In this document: positions 1 through 19,227 of the stretch, one piece after another
Layout of the letters: every line of letters starts with the position of its first letter
Position numbering within the stretch: the first letter of the stretch is position 1
Assembly (NCBI GenBank): GCA_037447605.1
Contig: CM074820.1
Coordinates: 1,922,001-1,986,000, forward strand
DNA: 64,000 bases
Reading direction: 5' to 3'
DNA from: Zygnema circumcarinatum SAG 698-1b
Lineage: Eukaryota; Plantae; Zygnematophyceae
Made by a program: the position numbers and the translations under genes
Notes under the pieces: model-generated
The model's database searches: none
What the model saw: the letters and a program-made list of their open reading frames with translations, nothing else
What the model was told of the DNA's origin: nothing

Positions 1-3000
1 AGAAGGAGAGGCTGAAGCAGCGCATGGTCAGTTCTCTTTAGGAGTGGGAGAGAAAACTTGACTCTCTCTCTCCCTCCCTTTCTCTTTTTCGCTCTCCCTC
101 TCTTTCTCTGCTCTCTTTTGGCCCTCCTGTTGCTCTCCTCTTTTCTCTTCTCTGTCTCCCTCTCCTCTTGCTCCTCCACTTTCTCTTCCCTATGTTCTCT
201 CCTCCCCTCTTCATCGTCCCCCTCCCACCCTTCTCCCTCCCACCCTTCTCCCTCCCACCCTTCTCCCTCTCGAACCCTTGTACTCCCCCACTCCTCCTTC
301 CCTTCCTTTTCCCAATCATCCGGAAGGATATTCGTTCACCATTCTCGTGATGTATTCCTTCTTAAAAAAAAAGGGGAAGTGGCTCCAATGGTTCTGGCCT
401 TTGGTCAGAATGAATACCGAGCTTCCTAGACTGATGCACATTGTTGAGAGTACTGTTTTCAGGTTGAAATTGAGAAAGTGAAAAAGCGGCGAACAGAACG
501 AGAGCTTGAAAAGGCCCAACACGAGGAAGAGATGGTCAGATTATTTTCTCCTTTTTGCCTCTTCTTAGATCAGCATCCCTTTTTTTTTTTACATCACATG
601 AACTACGCCATGCATGCACGCAACATCCTTCAACCCTTCATGTCAAAATCGTTGTTTTTTTGAATCGTTTTTAAGTATATTGGGTTTGGGGCTTGCTTTT
701 GAGCATACGGGTTTAGGGTTTTCCTGATTTCATTCATTTTTTTTAGTGTTTTCTTTGTATGGTAACAGGCTATGCTTGCTCGCGAGAGAGCGAGGGCTGA
801 ATTCCAAGATTGGGAGAAGAAGGAAGAGGAGGTAAACTGTAGCTTCTATGTTATCCTCTGTTTCCGTTCCGTTCCTCAGTTCAGTTCAAATGGGTTCAGT
901 TCATCTAAAGTCATTCCAATTCAATTCAGATCAGTTCAGTTATACTCACTAGTTTTCAGTTCAATTCAGTCGCAGTTTGGTAGTCCTTTTTCTATGTGCA
1001 CAGTTGAACTGAAGTTGAACTGAAAACGGTGCCCTTCGCATGTATTCAGTTCCACTTTGAGCAAAGCAAAGTGAGGTCGGAAATTCGACTAAGGGAGGGC
1101 CGAGCGAAACCGATCGATGTGTTGGCGAAAAATCTGAACTTGTCGGATGACTTCGACGTTGAAATCAACGAGCCGTACAAGATCTTTAAGGTGTGTGTTT
1201 TACTTCTTCGGAACATCAAAAGTTAAGTATAGTTTAGTTTAGTTTAGTTTTTTTTTTTTTTTTTTTTTTGTTTCAAAGGTTTGGAAAACCCGCAAATTTT
1301 CAAAACTGCAAAAGTACGCAGGACGTCAAATTTTGAGGGACCTTTGTCATGCATAATAATACTATGCATAGTTTGGATTTTGGGCAAAAATGAAATTGGG
1401 TATCTTTTTTGCTTGTATTTGCAGGGTATATTATTATGCTAATAAATATAAATATTTTTTATCAGGGTGTATGTTTTAGTTTTTTTTTTTTTTGCTTGTA
1501 TTTGCAGGGTTTGACTGTGAAGGAAATGGAGGAGCTTCGGGAGGACATCAAAATGCATTTAGAGCTCGACCGCTCCACGCCGATGCATATCATGTTCTGG
1601 GAGGTGACTGAATGTGGACCCGTTTCTATGCATCATTCATTCTGTCTATTCATCTATTATTATTCGTAGAAGCAAATGAAATATGAATGCAAGCATTGAC
1701 ATGAGAAACCAGCACCATTCTTCCATGCCATATTTCCTGTTTTCGTCCTTCCTTAAATCTTCCCGACGATGTTCATGTTTGTGAGGGTGACGTGACGTGA
1801 CGTGACGTGATGTGTGTGAGGTGACAGGCCATGATGGTTGTTTGCCACCATGAAATAGCGGAAGCGACAAAACGAGATATTTTCGACAGGGCGAGAGTGA
1901 GAGGTAAGCATTCTCCCTCCTTTGTCCTTATCCATTCTCTTGCAAATTCTCAGTAACCCCAAAACCTAAAACACAAAAAACCCAACAACCAAATCCCCTC
2001 AATTTAACCGACCAATCACGCAACGCCATGTGTTCTATGCCTCGAAACCCAAATCCCTTCATCTCTCCCTACTCCCCAATCCCATACAAAACAACCTTCC
2101 CATACTTTGACCCCAACCCACCAATCCTTTCCTGCCACGTGTCCACTCCTCCGCTCAACCGCCCAACCCGGCCGCGCCACGTGTCTCCAGGAGAGGAGCC
2201 GGACCCGGAAGTGGCGGCGGAGTACGCGGGGCTCCACAAGTCGGTGGATGCTGACGTGGCACGCATGCTGGGCGGCAAGAGCAGTGCTGAGCTGGCAGAG
2301 CTCGAGGAGCAGATCCGCGAGAGAATGGCGGAAGGGAGCGCAAAAGTGGTCGAGTACTGGGAGGCGGTGCTGGGGAAACTGCGAGGAAGCCGGGCCAAGG
2401 TGGGTGGGAGGGAGGGAGAGGAGAGGGAGGGAGGGGGAGGAGAGGGGGGAGAGGGGGGAGAGAGAGGGAGAGGGGGGGGAGAGGNNNNNNNNNNGGGAGA
2501 AGGGGGGAGAGGGGGGAAAGAGGGAGAGATGGGGGGAGAAGGGAGGGAGAGGGGGGGGGAGAGGAAGGGAAAGGGAGGGAGAGGGAGGGAGAGGGGGGGG
2601 GAGAAGGAGGTGGGGTGGAAGGGGAGGGGAGGGGAGAAAATGGGGAGGGAAGGGAGGGGACGGGAAGAGATGGGTTGCAGAGGGAAGAGGGGAATTTTAA
2701 AACCCAAAATTCTGAGCCCTACTTGCAGGCTGTTCTTCGAGAAATTCATGAAGACCTGCTCCGTCAACACTTAGCTCTCCTTCAGGAAGCTGACGAGAGA
2801 GAGAGGGCTCTCATAGAGGGAGTGGCAAAGGCGAGAGAGCCGGCCAATGGGGAGGAGGGAGGAGAGGGCCAAGATGCGGCCGAGGGAGGCTCCTATTCGC
2901 CAGAGCTTATGACGGAGGAGGAGGCAGCGAGAGAGGGAGGTGGTGCGGGAGAGGGAGAGGGTGGATCATTTTCACCTGAACTTATTCATACATATGAAGG

Positions 3001-6000
3001 AGAGGATGTGGTGGATCCGGAGGCTGACCGGGTGGAATTGGTAAACCTCTAAGCCTTGAAAACTACCTGATCAACGTACTGATATTGGTTGGTGATCTAC
3101 TTGGTGGATCCTTTTAACCTGCGGTTTCAAAGTGGATCCACCGTCCGCCACTGTGGATCCAGAAGTTTTTTAATACCACATTCGTTCAATATCGAAAAAT
3201 GATTCCACACGGAATTCGTTCACAAAGCCGCGCATGTCTAAAGGACGGACACACTGATTGTGTTTGAACCTTCAAAAAAAAAAAATTGTCTCACTTCCCT
3301 GCCTCCCCTCCCTCCCTCCCTCCTCCCTCGTCCCTCCTTTTCCCTCCCACTTCCTCCCACCTCCCTCCCTCCCTCCCTCCCTCCCTCCCTCCCTCCCTCC
3401 CTCCCTCCCTCTCCTCCCTCCCTCCCTCCCTCCTCCTCTCCTCCCTCCCCTCCCTCCTCCTCCCTCCCTCCCTCTCCTCCCTCTCCTCCCTCTCCTCCCT
3501 CCCTCCTCCCTCCTCCCTCCTCCTCCCTCCCTCCCTCTCCTCCCTCTCCTCCCCTCTCCTCCCTCCTCCCTCCCTCCCTCCCTCCCTCCTCCCTCGTCCC
3601 TCCTTTTCCCTCCCACTTCCTCCCACCTCCCTCCTCCCTCCTTCCTCTCCCTCCCTCCCTCCCTCCCACCTCCCTCCCTCCTTTCCTCCCTCCCTCCCTC
3701 CCCTCCTCCCTCCCTCCTTCCTCTCCCTCCCCTTCCTCCTCCAACTAACCCTTCTCCCTCCCTCCCTCTCCTCCCTCCCTCCTTCCACTAACCCTCCCTC
3801 CCTCCCTCCCTCCCTCCCACCTCCCTCCTCCTCTCCTCCCTCCTTTCCTCCCTCCCTCCCACTAACCCTCCCTCCCTCCCCTCCCTCCTCCTCTCCCTCC
3901 TCCTCTCCCACAGGAGCACAAGCGAGCCCAGGTCTTAGAGGACCAACAGCCGCTTATTGAGGTCACAGCGCCGCCTCCCTCCTCACAGGGCGGACTCCGA
4001 CCCCACCGGGAGAGGGCGGCTACAGTCGGGCCATGGGGGAGGAGGGGACGCCATTCTCGGGCGGGGCGGAGGTCAGCTTAGAGTCTCAGGTAAGGGAAGG
4101 AAAATTTGGGCAAAACAAAATGGATAATTAGTCTAAAAACGAACAGGAAAGAAGCCCAAGAGGGGGGGATTTAAAAAAGACCCCAAGAATGTCCTGAAAG
4201 GAAAAATTAACAAAGGTCGAACAATGCTTTGGAAGGAAGTCTAGAAGAATTCTAAGAAAGAAACCCAAAAGCCCAAAGAAATCGAACTCAAAAGGACCGT
4301 AGTTTGTCCTTAGAATTCCCGTTGCACTGCAAGACCCATATTTACTTTCTCTGACTATCGTTATCCCTCTTTCCTTTTTTTTTAATGCTTTTATTCTTAT
4401 TTTTGGGGTTTGTTTTTAGGTTTATTGGTGGCATGATAAGTACCGCCCTCGGAAGCCCAAATATTTCAACCGTGTTCACACGGGCTATGAGTGGAATAAG
4501 TACAACCAGACGCACTATGATCATGACAACCCCCCTCCCAAAATCGTTCAAGGTTACAAATTTAACATTTTCTACCCCGACCTCATCGACAAAACAAAAG
4601 CTCCGACTTATGTCATTAATAGAGATGGGAGCAATGGAGAAACTTGTCTTATCCGCTTCCATGCGGGCCCACCTTATGAAGACATTGTAAGTGCCACTCT
4701 CTCTCTCTTTCTTTCTTTTTTTCTATCGCTCCCTCTCGCTTTCCCTCCTTTCCCTCTACTTTAGGCCGCTCCTGTTTGTCTCCCTCTCGCTGCTGTTAGT
4801 CTCGCCACTCTGTATCTCTGCTCCCCCCACTTTTCTCCCTCTCTCATTTTTCTCTCTACTTTAGCTTCTCTGCTGTCTCTTTCTCTACTGTCAGTGTTTG
4901 TTTTCGTGTCCCCTCTCTCGCCACTTCAGTTAGTCCTGTACTCTCGCAAATCTCTCTCCCACTTCTCCTTGCTCTTTCTCTCCCCTGCCCTCTTGCCCTC
5001 TCCCTTTGTACTTGGTCTCTTCCCCTCGTCTTTCCTTTCCTCCCTCCCTCCTCCTCCCTCCCTCCTTTTCCCTCCCTCCCTCCTTTTCCCTCCCTCCCCT
5101 CCCCTTCCTCCTCCAACTAACCCTTCTCCCTCCCTCCCTCCCTCCCTCCCTCCCTCCCACTAACCCTCCCTCCCTCCCTCCCTCCCTCCTCCCTCCTCCC
5201 TCGTCCCTCCTTTTCCCTCCCTCCCACTAACCCTCCCTCCCTCCCTCCCTCCCTCCCTCCCTCCCTCCTCCCTCCCTCCCTCCTTTTCCCTCCCTCCCAC
5301 TAACCCTCCCTCCCTTCCCCCCCCCCCTTCCCCCCCTCCCTCCTCTCCCACAGGAGCACAAGCGAGCCCAGGTCTTAGAGGACCAACAGCGCCGCCTATT
5401 GGAGGCCGCGAGCGCCGCTCCCTCCGCGGCGGACTCCGACCTCACTCCGGCGGAGAGGGCGGCGGCGAGTCGGGCCATGGGGGGGGAGGAGGGGGACGCC
5501 ATTCTCGGGGCGGGGGCGGAGGTCAGCTTAGAGTCTCAGGTAAGGGAAGGGAAAATTTGGGCAAAAAACAAAATGGATAATTAGTCTAAAAAACGAACAG
5601 GAAAGAAGCCCAAGAGGGGGGGATTTAAAAAAGACCCCAAGAATGTCCTGAAAGGAAAAATTAACAAAGGTCGAACAATGCTTTGGAAGGAAGTCTAGAA
5701 GAATTCTAAGAAAGAAACCCAAAAGCCCAAAGAAATCGAACTCAAAAGGACCGTAGTTTGTCCTTAGAATTCCCGTTGCACTGCAAGACCCATATTTACT
5801 TTCTCTGACTATCGTTATCCCTCTTTCCTTTTTTTTTAATGCTTTTATTCTTATTTTTGGGGTTTGTTTTTAGGTTTATTGGTGGCATGATAAGTACCGC
5901 CCTCGGAAGCCCAAATATTTCAACCGTGTTCACACGGGCTATGAGTGGAATAAGTACAACCAGACGCACTATGATCATGACAACCCCCCTCCCAAAATCG

Positions 6001-6815
6001 TTCAAGGTTACAAATTTAACATTTTCTACCCCGACCTCATCGACAAAACAAAAGCTCCGACTTATGTCATTAATAGAGATGGGAGCAATGGAGAAACTTG
6101 TCTTATCCGCTTCCATGCGGGCCCACCTTATGAAGACATTGTAAGTGCCACTCTCTCTCTCTTTCTTTCTTTTTTTCTATCGCTCCCTCTCGCTTTCCCT
6201 CCTTTCCCTCTACTTTAGGCCGCTCCTGTTTGTCTCCCTCTCGCTGCTGTTAGTCTCGCCACTCTGTATCTCTGCTCCCCCCACTTTTCTCCCTCTCTCA
6301 TTTTTCTCTCTACTTTAGCTTCTCTGCTGTCTCTTTCTCTACTGTCAGTGTTTGTTTTCGTGTCCCCTCTCTCGCCACTTCAGTTAGTCCTGTACTCTCG
6401 CAAATCTCTCTCCCACTTCTCCTTGCTCTTTCTCTCCCCTGCCCTCTTGCCCTCTCCCTTTGTACTTGGTCTCTTCCCCTCGTCTTTCCTTTCCCCCCTC
6501 CCTCCCTCCTCCCCATAAGGACCATCCTCCCTGCCTACTCCCTGCCTCTCTCCCACGCCCTCTCTCCCTCCGCCGGCTTCACCCACCGTCCCTTGCTGCC
6601 TCACTCCCTTCCTCACTCCCGTCCTCACTCCCTCCCTCCCTCTCGTCCGTCCTCCCTTCCCCCCTCCCTCCCTCCCTGCCTCTTGCCCTCTGCAGGCATT
6701 TCGCATTGTGAACAAGGAGTGGGAGTACTCCCACAAGAAGGGCTTCAAGTGCACCTTTGAGAGAGGCATCCTCCACGTCTACTTCAACTTCAAGCGCTAC
6801 CGTTACCGCCGTTAG
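1..6815 (+). CDS. CACTIN: Cactin (spliceosomal C-complex factor), multi-exon, 5' end outside the window
   Basis: GT-AG exons at about 1-26, 463-534, 769-831, 1050-1190, 1508-1603, 1828-1903, 2191-2399, 2729-3040, 5354-5539, 5874-6140 and 6696-6815. They encode AEFQDWEKKEEEFHFEQSKVRSEIRLREGRAKPID, VYWWHDKYRPRKPKYFNRVHTGYEWNKYNQTHYDHDNPPPKIVQGYKFNIFYPDLIDK and the terminal AFRIVNKEWEYSHKKGFKCTFERGILHVYFNFKRYRYRR* (TAG 6813-6815), which are the conserved cactin mid and C-terminal domains. Confidence 0.95.
3750..6495 (+). repeat. ~1.45-kb tandem duplication of two cactin exons plus introns (probable assembly artefact)
   Basis: About 4090-5035 recurs near-identically about 1454 bp downstream (ORFs at 4342 and 5796 are identical). 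The first copy of the EHKRAQV exon (3914-4089) has many small indels relative to the intact copy (5354-5539). Confidence 0.85.
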
Positions 6816-7303
6816 AGAGGCTCCCAAAACGCGTCTTTTAAGCCCCCTTTTTTTGGTTCTTTTCTCTAATTTGGTGAAGTGTGTTAAAGGACATCAGAGT
6901 CCGAGCTCATCTTTTGTTTTACACTGGGAGTTCGTACTTTTTGAAGGTTATTGAGTGAATGTATTGGGCAAAAAAAAAAAAAATGTAAATATATGTTTCA
7001 TGGGTCATAAACCTTCGCATTTTTGTATCGAGCACCCCAATAACTGTTAGGTAATCAACGAAACCCTTCAAACCCAAAGCCCCACATGGCAACTTTCAAA
7101 ATGAAAAAGAATTAATTACAACGTTCTGTCTCTGTTTGTGTCTATCTCTCACTATCTTACTCTCTCTACTAACCAACTGTCCTCTTATCACTTTTTCCTC
7201 TCTCTCTCTACCTCGTCCCTCCCATCCCACTCCCGCCCCCCCTCTCTCCCTCCTCCCTCCCTCCTATTCCTACCTTCCCACTCTCTCCCGCTCCTTCTCC
7301 CTC

Positions 7304-14477
<7,174 letters not shown>

Positions 14478-14740
14478 GCTGCCACGTGGTGGCTCACGAG
14501 GGCGCCAGCTGGCGGGCGGACCGAGCGACACGTGTTCTCAGCCTATTGGACTTTGGAGGAGGTTAGGGCCCAGGACGTTTGGGAGCCGTTTTAGAGCTCG
14601 TATCGGCTATACAGTGCCAATATTCCGCTATATGATATATACAATATGATATCTGATATTCCGATACGATATATTCTTGGCTTCGAAGTGCATATGAAAC
14701 CGTATCGGCTGGAACTGGAACGACTCGTAACGCAAACTTT

Positions 14741-14948
14741 CATTGAACTCGCGATGGCGAGGCCATCAAATTTACATGGATAAAGGCAAAATGTGGAACC
14801 ACGAAGGACTGGTCACAAAGGACCGAAACACAATAAAACGAAGCTAGGAGCGGAAAACTACGCCTAGGCACAACAACGCAGCCGTAGAAGCAGCCGCGAA
14901 GGTCACCGATGTGAGGCACGTCGCGAGGAGGGAGCGGCGGAAGTCCAC
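14741..14948 (+). repeat. Dispersed ~200-bp intergenic repeat family, copy A
   Basis: Aligns end to end with 63750-63947 (CATTGAACTC.CGATGGC.AGGCCATCAAAT...GGAACCACGA...CAAAGGACC...GAGCGGAAAACTACGCCT...GGAAGTCCACC). Confidence 0.85.
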
Positions 14949-15605
14949 CAACACGGTCACCAACGAATGAACGACTCGTTCATTCGTTGACCTCCACTTT
15001 CTCAAAATCCGTACTTTGCGCATTTCATTTTTTATCGGGAGATCCAAAATCAAACTACTGATTCTTTAAAATAATCTTGCGACTGCATTTGTCGATGCCG
15101 CTCAGAAAGTCAAGGTACGGCGAATGTGGGCCAATCAGCGTCCGGGAGTGGCGTCATCATGCGATCTGATGACGCACGTCGCACACTCAGCCGCCACGTG
15201 GCGGGAGGTCGGCCCCTCTGTAGGGATGGATTAGTTACGATTATATATTATATATTATATTATACAACTGTGACGAATAGATAACGGCTGATATATATTA
15301 ATTTACAACGCCTTTACAACATGTACGGTCGTACGGTCGTACGACTGTACGGTATTATGCGGCCCGAGCACGAGCAGACAGAAAACCAGACGAACGCATT
15401 TCGCAACGCCAACGCCAAAACGACCTAATTTTGGTATGGTACGACCGTACGGTCGTTAATTGTTCAAAACAAGTGGGTATAATATATGTAATAAAGTGTT
15501 TTACTTTGTAATATATTACAAATTTTAAACCCGTTGTAAATTATATAATATATTCGGAATTTATAACGCGGGCCATCCCTACCCCTCTGCCGGCGGCCGA
15601 CTTCA

Positions 15606-15695
15606 GTACACGTGGCAGGGCGTGGCTGGCGAGGGAGGAGTGAGCTGTACGGCGAATGCAGGGAGGGGGGTCCACGTGGAGCAGCTCAAGGTGAG
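15606..15695 (+). pseudogene. Inverted, diverged fragment of VPS11 exon 1 with its donor site
   Basis: GTACACGTGGCAG...ATGCAGGGAGGG.GGT.CACGTG.AGCAGCTCAAG|GTGAG matches the reverse complement of 14260-14348 at roughly 80% by eye, with a 1-nt insertion. It is followed by a GA-rich tract like VPS11 intron 1. Confidence 0.8.
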
Positions 15696-16083
15696 GGAGA
15701 GGGGGAGAGGGGGAGAGGGGGAGAGGGAGAGGGAGAGAGAGAGGGAGAGGGAGAGAGAGAGGGAGGGGGGGGGAGGGGGGNNNNNNNNNNGAGAGGAGGG
15801 AGTGGGGGAGGGGGGGAGAGGGGGAGAGGGGGAGATGGGGAGAGGGGGGAGGGAGAGGGGGAGAGGGGGAAAGGAAAGGGGGAGAGGGGGGAGGGGAGGG
15901 TGAGATGGAACGAGCTAGGGGGGGGGGAGGGAGGGGCGGCAGATGAAGGGGAGGAGAGTGGAGGGAGGGAGGGGTGGATGAACCATAACCCATTTTGGAT
16001 TTCATTCAAAACTCAAAAGTGTGCACAATCTGTCAGGCCCTCGAATGCAAATGCACAAATGGTCATGTAATTAACGGTTCAAA

Positions 16084-16855
16084 TCAAATCAAATGCGGCC
16101 TAAGAAATTTGTCCATCCATTCCGTCAGAGCCGCCTCCATCGCCGGCGATATGGAATGGCCCACTCCTTTATAGGCGATGAACTGCAGGAAAGCAGTACA
16201 CGGAGAAGGTCAAGGGGGGGGGAGAGGAGGGGAAGGGAGAGGAGGGGAAGGGAGAGAGGAAAGAGAGGGAGGGAGAGGAGGGGGAGGTAGGGAGGAGGTG
16301 GAGGGAGAGGGAGTAGATGGAGAGGAAAAAGAGGGAGGAGACGAGGAGGGGGGGGGAGAGGAGTGGGTGCCAGAGAAGCAGGAGGGAGAGGGAGAGGGAG
16401 AGGGAGAGGGAGAGGGAGAGGGAGAGGGAGAGGGAGAGGGAGAGGGAGAGAGGAAAGGACGAAACGAAAAGAACTGTTCTTTGCGCCAAGACCTTCTTTT
16501 CGAATTTCGAGTACCTTGAAATGGTCTGGAACTCCCGCCTCTAAATATTTTTTCGCTGCCCGAGCCAATGATTCTTTGAGCCCTTCAACAGGGCAGCGGC
16601 GATCATCTGCCCCTGAAAAAAAGCAAACAGCGGCCCGCCCAGGGAAAAAAAAAAAAAGAAGAAAAGGAGAAGGGGAGGTAGAAATAAATAAATAACTGAA
16701 AGGAAACGGGGCACAGTCAAAGCGAAATGAATGGGGTTTCAGTTTGACCAACTCTTGAGTTGAAGTTTGAAAAAATCGAAAGGGCAGATGGGAGAGTGGA
16801 GTGAGAGATGGCGACTGACTGTGCAAAGAGAGAGCGTGGGGATCTGGAGATGGAG

Positions 16856-16899
<44 letters not shown>

Positions 16900-19188
16900 G
16901 CGCAGAGAGGGGAATCGAAAACCATGAGGAAGAGAGGAGGCAGGTAAGAGTGAAAGAAAGGGAGGGGGAGGGAGGGGGGAGAGATAGAGAGGAGGGGAGA
17001 GAGTGAGAGGGGGAGAGAGAGAGAGAGGGGGAGAGAGAGAGAGAGGGCGGACCGTTGAGGATGAGCAGCGGTCGGGGCGCAACAGAGGGCAGGCTGTGAC
17101 AGCTGTCCAGCTCGTCCATTAGCCCCGGAGCTATCCTCCTCCAAACCTGCAAAAACCAGGTTTTTGGTTTTAGGTTTTTGGTTTTGGGTTTTGGGTTTTG
17201 GGTTTTTGGTTTTGGGTTTTGGGTTTTTGGTATTTGGTTTTTAGTTTTCAGTTTTTGGTATCTGATTTTTGAAGCACATTAGGGCTTGTCAGACGTAAAT
17301 TCCGTAACTTTCTTTTTCGGGATGCTTTTCGTAAGATTTTGCTATTTTGCTAGATTTTGTTCGACATTTTTCCCTGTTATGAACGGTTTCATAAATGCAT
17401 AACAAGTACAATATGCGATAAATTGACAAAAAACCTCAATGAATTTAATTTGATTTTGCACTTTATTCAGGGTTCGAACCTTGGCCACTGTTTCGGAATC
17501 GAGGGCGTCTTTCCCCAAATCCTCTCTCGCCGCTGCAGGAAGTCGAAATCAGTACTTGGCAACATGCGTCAGTTCAGGGTTTTACAGGGGGGGCTGGTAG
17601 GGCAAATATGGTAAAGGGTCTACTTTGCGGAAAATTGAGAGAGAGGAACGGGGAGAGAGGGAGGGAGAGAGAGAGAGAGGGAGGGAAGGGTGAGGAGAGG
17701 GGGGGCGAGAGAGAGGGTCGGAGAGAAAGAGAGAGGGAGAGAAAGAGAGGGAAGATGGGGGGCAAGCGAGAGAGAGAGTGAGTGATTGAGAGAGAGATGG
17801 GATTGGGGAGAGGGGGGAGCGACGAGAGTGAGAAAGAGGGTGGGGAGATGGGGGGCAAGGGAGGAAAGAGCGATAGATGGAGGGAGAGAGAACGACAGCG
17901 AGAGAGAGGGAGAGGGTGGGGCGATGGAGGTGAGAGAGCGAGAGAGAGAGAGAGGGAGAGGGAGAGAGAGAGAGAGAGAGAGACCAGGGCAGCTTTCCTG
18001 AGATTTACTAAGTTCAAGAGTCGTCAGGTATCCCCTCATCATCCGTACGACATCATGTGATGCAGTACCGTACGTTATGTTGCAATGTCCCAAATACATC
18101 ATCTCGAGTTATGTTCTTAGAAAATCGAAATCAATTTTCTTTCTCCTATGAAACGTGCGTGGAAAAAAATATATACAGATAAAAAGATGACTTTTAAATG
18201 TACTATTTTCTCGAGTGTAAAAATGATTTACCTTCAAAGACATGGGGAATGCTTGAGACTCTCTCCTGCCAGCTGTCATTCTCGACCGCCCATTGGAAGC
18301 ACTGAGCAGTCGGAGAGGGAGGGAGGGAGAGGAAAGAGAGAGAGGGAGAGAGAGAGAGAGAGGCGATGAGTCTAAGGTAAAGGACAGAAAGAAAACTTCA
18401 AAGGTTGAAAATTAGGGCAAACATTAGAATGAATAGGAGCGGGGAGGGAGAGACGGTGGGAGCGAGATAGGAAGTGGGAAGGGAGAGGGAGAGGGAGAGG
18501 GAGAGGGAGAGAGAGAGAGGGAGAGGGAGAGGGAGAGGGAGAGAGAGAGAGGGAGAGGGAGAGGGAGTGGGAGAGGGAGGGAGAGGGAGAGGGAGAGGGA
18601 GAGGGAGAGGGAGGGAGAGAGAGAGAGGAGGGAGAGGGAGAGGGAGAGGGAGAGGGAGAGGGAGTGGGAGTGGGAGAGGGAGAGGGGTGGTTCAGTGCAC
18701 CTGGACACCAATGAGAGGGACTGCGACGGAAATGCGCGCATCAGCGACAGCTGTCATCCACGCGTGCATTCCTGAAATGTCGCATAAAGGGAAGGGAAAA
18801 TTGTTTCCAACCACTCAATCATACTATCGGAGACGAATTTTAAAGGGAGAGGGGAGGAGGGAAGGTGGGAGGGAGGGAGGGAGGGAGGGAGGGAGGGAGG
18901 GAGGTTACCTCCAAGTGAAATTCCGGTAATGCCAATCCGTTTGGGGTCCACATCGGGTCTCGCTTCAAGATAGTCCAAAAGTTTCATCAAGTCCCAAACC
19001 TAATTTTCACTTGACCCAAAAATTCACCGTAGAATGGAAGAAGGAAGTAAAGGGTCAGATCAACGGCTGAGTTGGAAATTCAATAAAGAAGAAAAAGATT
19101 TTTAGCGATTGGAAACTTACTGTATCGAATATGAAGGGCATCTCCTCTCCAGTCTTCCATGCTGCTACCAGAGCCTGAGGGAAAGGTA

Positions 19189-19227
<39 letters not shown>

